From an uncultured Acidobacteriota bacterium (GTDB lineage Bacteria; Acidobacteriota; JAQAZP01): 64,000 nt of DNA. Every line of letters begins with the position of its first letter. Positions within the stretch are counted from its first letter, which is position 1. Position numbers and translations under genes: made by a program. The stretch lies in assembly GCA_963836075.1 (NCBI GenBank), contig CAWIIB010000009.1:480001-544000 (forward strand), written 5' to 3'. Below, one piece after another: positions 25,968 to 36,868 of this stretch. The notes under the pieces are model-generated. The model did not search any database. It saw nothing but the letters and a program-made list of their open reading frames with translations, and was not told the DNA's origin.

Positions 25968-26252
25968 TGCTGCGGCCCTGTCTCAAAAATCCGAACTTCG
26001 ATTTCTATTGATTTCTATTGTACGAAACGCCCAACCCCTCAAACGGTTCCCGTTCAAACCGTCTCCTACTCTATTAGACGTTTCAGGAGAGTAAATCGTT
26101 ACCTGCCGGCTTAGATTTTTTCATTTTTTTACCTCGAAATGAGCGACCACGCCCCGATATTTGCCTCTCTCCCCACTACTGGCGTATCATGTGTCAACTG
26201 ATTGGCTCTGATCACTTGCATGTTGTTCAGCTGAACAGAAGAGGCAAAGCCG

Positions 26253-28167
26253 CTGGCTTCCGGAAGAACAGAAATACTGCTGGGAAACGAGGCCATGGGG
26301 CTCGGCCTGGCCGAGAGCGGCTGCCAATGTCTAGCCTCGTACCCCGGAACGCCGAGTTCAGAGATCCTCCCCGCCTTCGGCGCTTTTGTGAAGCGCTACA
26401 TGCTCCGCGCGCACTTCGAGTGGTCGATCAACGAAAAAGTGGCCTTCGAAGTGGCCCTGGCCGCTGCCATGGCGGGCAAGCGCTCGGCGGTGGTGATGAA
26501 GCAGGTGGGGCTCAATGTTGCCGCCGACCCGGCCCTGAGTTCGGCCTACCAGGGGGTGGAAGGCGGTTTCCTGATCATCGCCACCGACGACCCGGGGCCC
26601 CACTCGTCCCAGACCGAGCAGGACTCGCGGCTCTTCGGGCTTTTTGCCCTGCTGCCGGTCTTGGACCCGGCCACGCCGGCCGAAGCGCGGGCGATGGTGG
26701 CCGCGGCCTACAGGCTCTCCGAGCGGCAAGGGCTGCCGGTGATCATCCGGCCCACCACGAGGGTCTGCCATGCCAGGCAATCCCTGCACCTGCCGGCGTC
26801 CCTGGAGCCGGACCAGGTCCGGGCAAGTTTTCGGAAAGACCCCGACCGCTGGGCGGCCACCCCGCGCACGCGGTTCTTCCTGCACCAGAAGCTGAACAAT
26901 AAGCTGGAATCGATCCGCAAAGGCTTCGAACGGGAGAAACGGTTCAACCGCAACGACGTTCCCCTGCCCAAATCGGCCGGCCGCATCCCGCTGGGGATCA
27001 TCTCCGCCGGGGTGGTCCACGGCCACCTGATGGACCTGCTGGAGAGCCATTCGAAGACGCTGAAGGGTATACCGGTGCTCAAAATCGGCACCCCCCATCC
27101 CCTGCCGCTCCGCCGGGTCGCCGAATTCATCCAGAAGCTGCCGGCACGTGCTGATCCTCGAGGAGTCGATGCCGGTGATCGAGTACCAGGTGGCCGACCG
27201 GCGCAAGGTTCACGGCCGGTTGGACGGGGCGGTGCCCAATGCCGGCGAATTGACGCCGGAGGTGGTCTACGAGGTGTTGGCCGAGGCCCTGAGGAAATTC
27301 CACTCCGGCCGCAAGCTGCCGCCCCTGCAGCACCAGGCGGCGGAGCGGAAACTGCTCCAGGGCCGGCCGGTGCGCCACCCGTCCCTCTGTCCCGGCTGCC
27401 CGCACCGGGCCACCTTCCTCGCCATCCGCAAGGCGGTGCCGAGGGCGATCATCACCAGCGACATCGGTTGCTACACCCTGGGCAAAAATCAGCGGGCGGT
27501 GCACACCGTTCTCGATATGGGTGCCGGTATCACCCTGGCCGACGGACTGCACAAAGCCTACCGCCAGGACGGCAACAAACGGCCGATGGTGGGCACCATC
27601 GGCGACTCCACCTTCTACCACTCCGGCCCGGCAGCCCTGCTCAACGCCCAGTACAGCGGATCGCGTTTCCTGCTGGTGATCCTCGACAACATGATCACCG
27701 CCATGACCGGCATGCAACCCACACCGGGGGTGAGCCGGCTGGTGGACGGCACCGAGGGTAACGCCATCCCGCTGGAGCAGGTGGTCAAGGGCTGCGGCGT
27801 GACCTACGTCAAGGTGGCGAACCCCTTCAGGACGAAGCAGTTCATCGCACTGCTGAAGAAGGCCCAGGAGTATGTCGAGTCGCCCAGGGGCGGGATGGCG
27901 GTGGTGATCTCCCGCTTCCCCTGCCTGATCAACGACAAGTCGGTGCTGGGCGAGAACCGCAAACCGATCGAGGTCTCCAGCGACTGCGACACCTGCCTCT
28001 ATTGCCAGGACAATTTCGACTGCCCGGCGATGACCTATATCGAGGGGGACTCACAGGTGCGGATAGACACCAAACTCTGTGCTTCCTGCGGCCTCTGCGT
28101 GGACATGTGCCCGAAGAAAGCCGTCTCCTACGTCAAGAAGGGAAAGGCGAAGAAGAGTAATGGCTGA
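26253..28167 (+). CDS. iorA: Indolepyruvate:ferredoxin oxidoreductase alpha subunit (frameshift near 27140)
   Basis: LLGNEA, YPGTPSSE, MKQVGLNVAAD, SSQTEQD, LCPGCPHR, DIGCY, IGDSTF, C-terminal 4Fe-4S motifs. Confidence 0.92.
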
Positions 28168-28762
28168 GCGGAAGAAGAAAACGCCGGCAAAATATCTCTG
28201 CCCCGAGACGCAGTTCGTCATCGCCGGGGTGGGCGGCCAGGGCGTGCTCTTCACCACCAGGGTCCTGGCCCGGATGGCCCTCGACCGGAAACTCGGCGTC
28301 CTGCTCTCCGAGACCCATGGGATGAGCCAGCGCGGCGGTTCGGTGGTCTCGCACCTCAAGGCGGGGTCATTCCACTCACCACTGGTGCGCAAAGGCCAGG
28401 CCGACGTGCTCTACGTGCTGCAGGCAGAAGAGCTCTATGCCACGGCCACTTTCCTCAGGCCGGGTGGGAAGTGTTTCATCAACACCGGGGGCGGGTTCAA
28501 GCCCAACGCCCGGCTGAAACGCTTTCTCGGCACGAACAAGATCGGTTGCCGCTTTGTGGACGCCGATACCATTGCCCAGGAGCGGGGCTCCCTGCTGCTG
28601 GCAAACCTGGTGCTGCTCGGTTGTTCGCTGGCCGACGAGGAGATGCCCTTCACCCTGCCCGGTCTGCTCAAGGCGATCAAGTCGGTGAGCAAACCCGCTT
28701 TCCACCAGATGAACCTGGCCGCGGCCAGGGCCGGCCACGAGATGTTCCCAGCGAATCCGTAA
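28160..28762 (+). CDS. iorB: Indolepyruvate:ferredoxin oxidoreductase beta subunit
   Basis: GVGGQG, SETHGMSQRGGSV. Confidence 0.92.
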   Translation: MAERKKKTPAKYLCPETQFVIAGVGGQGVLFTTRVLARMALDRKLGVLLSETHGMSQRGGSVVSHLKAGSFHSPLVRKGQADVLYVLQAEELYATATFLRPGGKCFINTGGGFKPNARLKRFLGTNKIGCRFVDADTIAQERGSLLLANLVLLGCSLADEEMPFTLPGLLKAIKSVSKPAFHQMNLAAARAGHEMFPANP

Positions 28763-28771
28763 TCCTTTACT

Positions 28772-28976
28772 TGTCATTGCGGGGAGCCGAGTGCAGCCCT
28801 TCTCATGTCATTGCGAGCCCCTGACCCGCGGGGGCACGGGAAGTCAGTGAAAGGAACGGTTCCAACATTGTCACTGCGAGGAGCCCGCGAAGCGGGCGAC
28901 GCGGCAGTCTCAAAAGCGACAATATCGCTGACCGAGAGATCGCCGTGTCGTCGGCTACGCCGACTCCTCGCGATGA
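28772..28976. repeat. Cluster of TGTCA(T/C)TGCG REP-like units with closing inverted arm
   Basis: Units at 28772, 28806 and 28869; inverted partner GAGATCGCCG..CTCCTCGCGATGA ends at 28976; between convergent genes. Confidence 0.72.
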
Positions 28977-28985
28977 AAGGGGAGG

Positions 28986-31358
28986 TCAGCATTCAGCGGA
29001 GGGATCATTCAGGCTGGCGGTTTCCAGTGCCCGGCGCACCGAAGCCATCAACTCCTCGTCGGTGAACGGCTTCTCCAGGTACTGGAAGTTGCTCACCCGG
29101 ACGAAGTTCAGTTCCGATTCCTTCACCGCGTACCCGCTGGTCAGCACCACGGCCAGTTTCGGATTGTCGGCGATGAGATCCTTGACCAGGTGAATCCCGC
29201 TGCGGCCGGGGAGCATGATGTCGGCCAGCAGGAGATCGAAGCTCTCCGACTGGTGCCCGAAGTTCATCTCTGCCTCTTCCGCGCTCTCCGCTTCGGCCAC
29301 TTCGTACCCGAACTCGCGCAGGATGCTGGCAATGAACCGGCGCACCACGTGTTCGTCCTCCACCACCAGCACCCGCTTCTCCTCTCTGGCCGCCTGCTCA
29401 ACGGGCCGGGGCTCCTCCGTAACCGGCGAAGACTCGTCCCTGCTGAGCGGGAGGTAGATGCAGAAACTGCTTCCCAGACCCGGTTCGCTCTCCACCGTGA
29501 TCACGCCCCCATGCTGCTGGACGATGCCATAGACCATCGAGAGCCCCAGGCCGGTGCCCTCGACAAGACCCTTGGTGCTGAAGAAGGGTTCAAAAATGTG
29601 GCGCAGCTGCTTTTTCTCCAGGCCGATACCGGTATCGCGAACCGCGAGACAGACGAACTGACCGGGCAGGGCATCCGGGTTGTCGCGCAGTTCATCGGCA
29701 CCAAGGTCAACCGGTGTGGTTTCGATGGTCAGGGTTCCGCCATCCTTCATCGCGTCCCGGGCGTTGAGCACCAGGTTCATCAACACCTGTTCCAGCTGAC
29801 CCGGGTCGGCCTTGATCGTCCCCAGGCCGGGGGTGAGCCGGAGGATCACCTGGATGTTCGAACTGATCAGGCTGGAGAGCATGTTCCACATGCCGTGAAC
29901 GATGCTGTTCACATTGAACAGCTCCGGCTTCATCGCCTGCTTGCGGCTAAAGGTCAGCAGCTGACGGGTCAGCCGGGCCGCACGCTCGGCAGCCATGCTG
30001 ATCTCCCGGGCGTTCTCGTGCAACGGGTCCTCCGGGTCCATTTTCCGTACCAGCGATTTGCCGTAGCCGAGGATTGCCGTAAGCAGGTTGTTGAAATCGT
30101 GGGCCACCCCGCCGGCCAGCCGGCCCACCGCCTCCATCTTGTGCGCCTGGAAAATACGCTGCTCCAGTTTCTTCGAATCGTCGATGTCGAGAATGATTCC
30201 CTGGACGGCACGCCGGCCGGCCAGATCGATCACGCTTGACGAGAGCCTGACCCATCGTATCGCACCATCCTTGCGCACCACTCGGAACTCGTTGGTTGAG
30301 GGCTCTCTTTCCCCCGACAAGAGGGCGTTGATCCGGGTGAATGTAACCTCCTGGTCGTCGTGGTGGATGGTGGCTCTGATCTCCGTTTCCACCATCGCCA
30401 TCAGTTCGGGGATGGTGTATCCGAGGATATTGGCAAACGAACTGTTGACATACTGAAAGCGCCCGTCACCGATCACCACGATCCCCTGCTGGGACTGCTC
30501 AACCAGGTTGCGATACTTCTCCTCCGAATCCCGCAGCGCCGACTCCATCTTCTTCTGCTCGGTGATGTCCCTGGCAAAGATGGCAAAACGGACAACCTGT
30601 TCCCCGGCATCGTCGTGGATCGGGTAGATGGTGTAGTCGTACCAGCGCCCGCCACGCTGGTCCACCTGGCGCACCGGCTTGCCGGTCCGCTGGACTTCTT
30701 GACCAAAGGGCTTGCGCTGCTCACCCACATCGGCGGAGAAATAACGGAAGACATTCTGCCCGCGCAACTCCTCCACGGTGGTGCCGAAACTCCGGGCGGC
30801 CCACTGGTTGGCGGTGACAATGGTGCCGTCCGGCTCGACCAGCAGCGCCGTGTCGTACGGGGCGTTGAGCAGGGCCCGGGCGGTGGTTTCGCTGGCCCGC
30901 AACGCCGCCTCGGTAGCCCGCTCCTCGGTGATGTCACGAGAGTAGATGGCCAAGAGGTTGACCTTGGCGCCGGATGCGTCCATCACGGGGACCACCCTGT
31001 AGTTGTACCACCGCCCGCCACGTTGGTCGATGTTGCGTACCGGTTTGCCGGTGCTGACCACCCGGTCAAGAAGCGGCCGTCGTGCCCGGCCCAGCTCGGG
31101 CGTGATCAGGTCGTAGATATTCCGGCCGGTCAACTCCTCCACCGAAAGATTCAGCGACCTGGCGGCCAGTTCGTTGAGCGTGACAATGGTTCCGTCCAGT
31201 TCCAACAGAAAAGCCAGGTCGACGGGGGCGTTGAGCAGGGCCCGCACTGTCTCCTCGCTCTCCCGGAGCTTCCGGCCGGTCTTGTAAGAGTCGACGACCC
31301 GGCGCAGCGCTGCCAGCTCCGCCAGCAGCTCCTCTCTGGATTTGTCCTGGTCGCTCAT
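28986..31358 (-). CDS. Hybrid PAS(3x) sensor histidine kinase/receiver
   Basis: GGVAHDFNNLL, NLVLNARDAM, GTGLGL, C-terminal receiver. Confidence 0.92.
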   Translation of the reverse strand: MSDQDKSREELLAELAALRRVVDSYKTGRKLRESEETVRALLNAPVDLAFLLELDGTIVTLNELAARSLNLSVEELTGRNIYDLITPELGRARRPLLDRVVSTGKPVRNIDQRGGRWYNYRVVPVMDASGAKVNLLAIYSRDITEERATEAALRASETTARALLNAPYDTALLVEPDGTIVTANQWAARSFGTTVEELRGQNVFRYFSADVGEQRKPFGQEVQRTGKPVRQVDQRGGRWYDYTIYPIHDDAGEQVVRFAIFARDITEQKKMESALRDSEEKYRNLVEQSQQGIVVIGDGRFQYVNSSFANILGYTIPELMAMVETEIRATIHHDDQEVTFTRINALLSGEREPSTNEFRVVRKDGAIRWVRLSSSVIDLAGRRAVQGIILDIDDSKKLEQRIFQAHKMEAVGRLAGGVAHDFNNLLTAILGYGKSLVRKMDPEDPLHENAREISMAAERAARLTRQLLTFSRKQAMKPELFNVNSIVHGMWNMLSSLISSNIQVILRLTPGLGTIKADPGQLEQVLMNLVLNARDAMKDGGTLTIETTPVDLGADELRDNPDALPGQFVCLAVRDTGIGLEKKQLRHIFEPFFSTKGLVEGTGLGLSMVYGIVQQHGGVITVESEPGLGSSFCIYLPLSRDESSPVTEEPRPVEQAAREEKRVLVVEDEHVVRRFIASILREFGYEVAEAESAEEAEMNFGHQSESFDLLLADIMLPGRSGIHLVKDLIADNPKLAVVLTSGYAVKESELNFVRVSNFQYLEKPFTDEELMASVRRALETASLNDPSAEC

Positions 31359-31450
31359 CCTGTTCCCCCGGTTCAGTCTGCAGATTGCCATGAGAGGGAA
31401 GTCTATCACCAAAATCGGGATTGTTCGAAGCGACAGGAGGGGGCGGGGGA

Positions 31451-31583
31451 GGGACGTACATAAAAAGCATAAAAAGTATAACTTTCGCTGGCCCGCCACA
31501 CGGTGGGGTCCGCTGAACTGGACCACAAAGACCCCAACAAGGTTCACGAAAGATATACTTTTTATGCTTTTTATGTACGTCCC
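31451..31583. repeat. 133-bp MITE/REPIN-like element with 37-bp terminal inverted repeats
   Basis: GGGACGTACATAAAAAGCATAAAAAGTATAACTTTCG (31451-31487) matches the reverse complement of 31547-31583 at 36/37. Confidence 0.85.
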
Positions 31584-31592
31584 CGCTGGTGC

Positions 31593-31994
31593 TCAGGCGA
31601 GAATCCGCTTCACCTCAGCCATGAAATCCTCGCGGACGATCGGTTTGGAGAAGAAGCCCTCCGGCGGCGGGATCACCTTCCGCGTGTTGAGGAACTCCTT
31701 GAAGGGGGCCGGGTCGCCGCCCTTGCCGGTGACCGCAGTGACCACCACCACCGGGATGTGGGACAGTTCGGCGTCCTCCTTCAGGTTGCGGTAAAAACGG
31801 ATTCCCGACTGTTCGGGCATGGTGATGTCGAGGCAGATCAGGTCCGGGTGGTTTTCCTTCGCCTTCTCCATCCCTTCGATGCCGTTGGCGGCGGTGACGG
31901 TCTCGAACCCGTTGTCCTCGAGCAGCATGGAGAGGTAGGTCACCACGTCCGGTTCGTCGTCGATCACCAGCACCTGTTTCTTTTCATCACTCAT
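31593..31994 (-). CDS. Single-domain response regulator
   Basis: VLVIDDE, PDLICLDITMP, SKP. Confidence 0.9.
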   Translation of the reverse strand: MSDEKKQVLVIDDEPDVVTYLSMLLEDNGFETVTAANGIEGMEKAKENHPDLICLDITMPEQSGIRFYRNLKEDAELSHIPVVVVTAVTGKGGDPAPFKEFLNTRKVIPPPEGFFSKPIVREDFMAEVKRILA

Positions 31995-32521
31995 GACTGG
32001 TTCTCCTTTTTCAGTGCCTGAAGGGCCCGGGCCAGCGCCTCGGGGCTGGCGCCCTTGAGGCTGTCCCGCAGTTCCTCCTTGAGGGCGATCTTCTCCGTGG
32101 CCTCGTCGGCCACGGCAATGCCCAGGGCTCGCTGGATGCTGCGCACGTAAGAGGCAGGGTTCACCGGCTTCTCCAGGTAGGTCCCCGGTCCGGACATGGT
32201 CCGGTTGTCCATCAGTTCCTTCAGGTCACCCTTGCCCAGCTCGTCCCGGGCGTGGGCGGTGACAATGAGCACCGGGATGCGCGACAGCTCCTTGTCCCGC
32301 CGCAGCTCCTTGAGCAGCCGGTGGCCCGACTTCCGCGGCATCACCAGGTCGAGGGAGATGAAGTCGGGCCTGTTCTCCCGGATCTTCGCCATCGCCTCTT
32401 CCCCGTCACCGGCGGTGATCACTTTGAATCCGGCATCCACCAGCACCATCTCCAGGTACTGCCGGACATCCGGTTCGTCATCCACCACCAGTATGGTTTT
32501 CTCTTCAGCCTGCTGCATCAT
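31991..32521 (-). CDS. Response regulator with short C-terminal extension
   Basis: ILVVDDE, PDFISLDLVMP, LEKP. Confidence 0.9.
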   Translation of the reverse strand: MMQQAEEKTILVVDDEPDVRQYLEMVLVDAGFKVITAGDGEEAMAKIRENRPDFISLDLVMPRKSGHRLLKELRRDKELSRIPVLIVTAHARDELGKGDLKELMDNRTMSGPGTYLEKPVNPASYVRSIQRALGIAVADEATEKIALKEELRDSLKGASPEALARALQALKKENQS

Positions 32522-34056
32522 CTCTCCTCCTGGCAACCCGGTCGCCGGGCTGTTTTCTCTTTCATCCCTTCAGCGAGTTCCTCGGTCTCCACGGCCTCCC
32601 CATCACCAGGCCGCGGCAGATTGTCCCGGGGAAATTCCAGGCTGAAAACCGACCCCTCACCTGCTTTCGAATCAAACGAAACCTTCCCGCCATGCTCCTG
32701 GACTATCTTTCTCGTGGTCAGCAACCCCAGACCGGTCCCCTTGTCCGAACCCTTGGTGGAGAAGAAGGCGGTGAAGATCTTTTTCTTTACCTCGTAATCC
32801 ATCCCGGCACCGTCATCGGCCACCTTGAAGATCAGCACGCCGTCCCGGTCGCGGGTGGTGATGGTGATGGACCGGTGGGCCTTGTCGCTGATCTTGCATG
32901 CGTCGATGGAATTGGTCACCAGGTTGGAGAGGCAGGCGTGTATCGCTTCCTCGTCCATCAGGGCGTAGGGGATCGCGTCCTGCAGATCGAGGTGCAGGGT
33001 GACCCCGGCCAGGCCCGCCGTGTCGTGGAACAGATCAAAGACTTTCATCGCCAGCCGGTTGGGGTCGATCAGCTGCACGGTGGGCGTCCGGCCCCGGGCA
33101 AACTCCAGAAACTCCTTGACGAAGAAGGTAATCCGCTCGATGTTGCCCTCCAGCATCTGCCAACCCTGGAAGATCCGTTCGCTGTCGCCCTTTTCCATCC
33201 CCGAGCGGAAGACATACATCCCGCCTTCAACACCCATCAGAACGTTCTTCACCCCGTGGGCCAGGCCGGCCACCGTCTGGCCCACCGCGGCAAGCCGCTC
33301 GGCCTCCATCTTTTCCTTGCCCAGCCGCTTGACCTCGGTGATGTCGGTGGACATCTCGATGATGTACGGGATCTCACCGTCGTTCATGACAACAGGCACC
33401 ACGCGAACCAGGTAGGTGGTCTGCTCGCCATCGATCACCAGGCCCTTTTCCTCCCGCGTCCGGATATCGCCGTCGATGAAGGTTGCCGCGGCGTTGCAGC
33501 TCAGGCACCGTTCACTGCGGCCCTTGTACACGGAGTAGCAGTAGTGATTTCCGAAATCCCCGTAGGCCATGGTGAACGCCTTGTTGGCCTCCACGATCTT
33601 GTACTCGCGGTCGATGACACAGATCCGCACCGGCACCTGGTCCCACAACTCGTTGCGCACCCAGTTCCTGATGGTGGCGCTCTCCTCATTCAGCGCCTTC
33701 ATCTGGGTGATGTCGGTGGTCATCTCGATGATATAGGGAACGCTCCCGTCAGGGAGTGCAATGGGCACGGTGCGGACAAGATCATGGGTCGGCCGTCCAT
33801 CGATCACCGGACCCACCGCCTGGCGCACCCGCGTCCGCCCGTCGGCGAAGGTTTCGGCGGCACTGCACTGCTCGCAGCGCTCGCTGCGGCCTTTATACTT
33901 GACGTAGCAGGGCTCTCCTATCCAGTCTCCATACGCCTCGCGGAAGGATCGATTGACTTCCACGATCCTGAAGTCGCGGTCAATGACGCAGATCCGCACC
34001 GGCACCTGGTCCCACAACTCCGTCTTCACCCAATTGCTGATCAGCCCTTCGTTCAT
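32518..34056 (-). CDS. PAS(2x) sensor histidine kinase
   Basis: Duplicated PAS (ELWDQVPVRICVIDR) each with a C-X9-C-X2-C motif; AGLAHGVKN, GTGLGL. Confidence 0.92.
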   Translation of the reverse strand: MNEGLISNWVKTELWDQVPVRICVIDRDFRIVEVNRSFREAYGDWIGEPCYVKYKGRSERCEQCSAAETFADGRTRVRQAVGPVIDGRPTHDLVRTVPIALPDGSVPYIIEMTTDITQMKALNEESATIRNWVRNELWDQVPVRICVIDREYKIVEANKAFTMAYGDFGNHYCYSVYKGRSERCLSCNAAATFIDGDIRTREEKGLVIDGEQTTYLVRVVPVVMNDGEIPYIIEMSTDITEVKRLGKEKMEAERLAAVGQTVAGLAHGVKNVLMGVEGGMYVFRSGMEKGDSERIFQGWQMLEGNIERITFFVKEFLEFARGRTPTVQLIDPNRLAMKVFDLFHDTAGLAGVTLHLDLQDAIPYALMDEEAIHACLSNLVTNSIDACKISDKAHRSITITTRDRDGVLIFKVADDGAGMDYEVKKKIFTAFFSTKGSDKGTGLGLLTTRKIVQEHGGKVSFDSKAGEGSVFSLEFPRDNLPRPGDGEAVETEELAEGMKEKTARRPGCQEER

Positions 34057-36046
34057 AGGCCCCCCTCACCGGTCTCGCCACCGGCCCCGGACCGGGCCTC
34101 GGCCAGCAACGTCAGATCGGGCATCGGCGGGCCGGGCAGCCGGCGCTCCTCGTGGCAGGTGGAGCAGCGGGCAAAGTCCTCGCCCACCTTGACAACCCCT
34201 TCGGCCACGGTCTGTTCGTGGCAGGTGACACAGAGGCCGTGCATCGCGTCCATGTACCCCGTGGCAAAACCTTCCATACCCGTTTCCGGCGGCTTGACCA
34301 CCGAACCGGCCACCAGCATCCCGGCGTGACAGCCGGTGCAGGCCAGCGCGGTGGCGCGGCCCTTGGCCCCCTCCGGGTCGCGGTGGCAGTCGGTGCAGCC
34401 GTTGTTGCCGCGCACCGCCGCCACGTGGCTGGAGTGGTCGAAGATATCGGTCACCGCGTACATGTCGCGGTGGCACTCACTGCAGGCCGAGTTGCGGTCC
34501 CGCGGCATGTTCATGTGATGGCAGCGCACACAGGAGCCGTTCTGCCCCAGTTTCTCCACGTGGAAGGTGTGGGGAAAGAGCGAGACCCGGCCGTTGCGGT
34601 TGCCGTCAATGGTGTAGAGCGCCTGGAGAGCCGCCCCCGCCGGCGGGGCCTCGTCATCCTGCAGTATGGCGAAATCGGTGCCGGGCGCTTCGGCCCGGGC
34701 CGTGGCATACCCCTCCACCGCGCGCGGCGGCGACACCGGGGTCAGCGTATCCTGGACGCCCAGCAGCGCGTCGGTGGGCAGGAGCGCGATGGCCACCGCC
34801 GCAGCCAGCAGCGCCGCCATGGTGTAGCGCCGGGGCCCGTCCAGTGAGGCCGGGGAGAGCAGGCGCATGGTTGACGGGTTGTAGAGGTCGCGTTCGGGAA
34901 CCGCCGGGGCCGCCGGTTCCTCGTCGTCATCGTGCTCGCAGACCCGGAACTTCTCGATGAAGAAGATGAAGACCAGCATCGCGCCGGCCACGATGCCCAT
35001 GCTCACCGCCACTTCCATCCAGCTGGGGAAGTAGGGCATGTCTTCGGGCCGCATGAAGGCGACGATGCAGACATCGAAGCGGTAGCCGATCATGCCGAAG
35101 ATGGTCATTGCCGCGCAGGTGCCCAGACCGATGCCGCTGGTCCGCACCTTGTTGAACAGGAGCAGCGTGGCCGGCAGCAGGGCGCTGAGCAGGACCTCGA
35201 AGAGGAAGAGGTTCGACTGCCACGAGCCGTCGGTCAGCGTGGGCAGCAGGCCGCGGTAGGCCAGGTCGCCCAGCCGCAGCGCCGACGTAGATGAAGAGCA
35301 CGATGGAGGCCGCCCGGCCCAGGCCGGCCAGCAGGTCCAGGCGCAGCTTGTGCCTGAAGAGCCACGCGGAGAAGAACGACTCGGCGGTGACCATCATCAG
35401 CCCCAGGGCGATGGCCGAGACGAAGAACAGGACCCAGATGATCGGGCTGTACCACAGCGGGTGCAGCCGGTAGGGCGTGATCAGGAACAGCGAGCCCAGC
35501 GACGACTGGTGCAGCGTGGAGAGCACGATGCCCGCGATGACCAGCGGGATGGTCAGCTTCTTGATCCAGCGAGTGGACGGTGCGAAAGAGCGGCCTGTCG
35601 AACCAGGGGTGCTCCAGCACCACCGGCGCGAACTCCAGCGACAGCACCGTCAGGTAGAGCATCACGCACATGGCCACTTCGAACAGCACCGAGTGGTGCT
35701 GGGGATAGATCATCGGGTGCCAGATGTGCCAGGGCAGGCCCAGGTCGTAGAGCAGGCCCACCGCCACCGCGACGTAGCCGAGCAGCGCGGTGAGGATCGC
35801 CGGCCGGACGAAGCGGTGATACTCCTCGCGGCCGAAGATGTAGACCGTGGCCGCCACCACGAACCCGCCGGCCGCCAGGGCCACGCCCGACATCACGTCG
35901 AAGGCGATCCAGAACCCCCAGGGGGCGACGTCGGTCAGGGCGGTGGTGGCGCCCAGGCCGCGCATGAACCGCGCCAGGGTCAGCACCGCCAGGACGCCCA
36001 CCAGTGCCCAGAGAATGGTCTTCGTATTGCTGAGTCTTCTGTTCAT
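34053..36046 (-). CDS. NrfD/HybB (HmcC-like) membrane subunit fused to a hexaheme cytochrome c domain (indels near 35285 and 35570)
   Basis: PWGFWIAFDV..GVALAAGG, DLGLPW, LSTLHQSSLGSL, YFPSWME; then six CxxCH motifs in the same frame as the NrfD C-terminus. Confidence 0.85.
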
Positions 36047-36868
36047 GCCTCTGTCTCTTTCTCTTCCGGGGCCGGCTCCGCGGTCTCACCGCTCTCCGGC
36101 GCGTCAACGTGCTGCTCCTCCTCGGCCAGCTTCATGCGCCGGCCGACGATCCACCAGACGCCGGCCATCAGGCCGCCCATGCCGACAATCAGCGGCGGGA
36201 CCTTGGACAGCGCCGCCCAGGTGAGTTCGGGCAGCGGCTTGTCGCCGAGGTTCGGCTTGAAGCCGAGGAAGTCGAGCGGGATGTCGGAGATGTAGATCAC
36301 CGACGTCCCGCCGACCTCGGTCTCGCCGTAGACCTTGTCGCTGTACCGTCCGGGGTTCTGCTCGATGCGGCGGTGCGCCTCGGCGAGCAGCTCCTCGCGC
36401 GTGCCGAAGATGGTCGCCTTCTCCGGGCAGGCCTCGACGCAGGCCGGGCTGTCCGCCCTTGACCAGCCGCTCGTAGCACATGTTGCACTTGCGGACGTAC
36501 GGGCACCGTGGCCTCCCAGTCGTAGCGCGGAATGCCGTAGGGACAGGCCATCATGCAGTAGCGGCAGCCCATGCACCTGTCGGCGTCGTAGATCACCGGC
36601 CCCTCGGGGGTCTTCTGCAGGGCGCCCACCAGGCAGGCCGAGACACAGGCCGGCTCCAGACAGTGGCGGCACTGCTGCCGCACGAAGTGGTTGCCGCCCG
36701 GGCGCGCACGATGGTGGTGAAGCGGGTGGACGAGAGGTCGTCGATGCGCAGCTTCCAGCGCCGCGGCACGTCCTTGCCCAGTCTGTTCTCCTTCTTGCAG
36801 GCCTCGACGCACTCCTCGCAGCCGGTGCAGAGCGTGGTGTCGGTGAGAATGGCCATTCGCTGGCTCAT
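36043..36868 (-). CDS. 4Fe-4S dicluster protein (HybA/HmcB/FdnH-like) with C-terminal TM anchor, frameshifted
   Basis: CTGCEEC, CRHCLEPACVSAC, CMGCRYCMMACP, KCNMC, ACVEACP, YGETEVGGTS. Confidence 0.88.
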
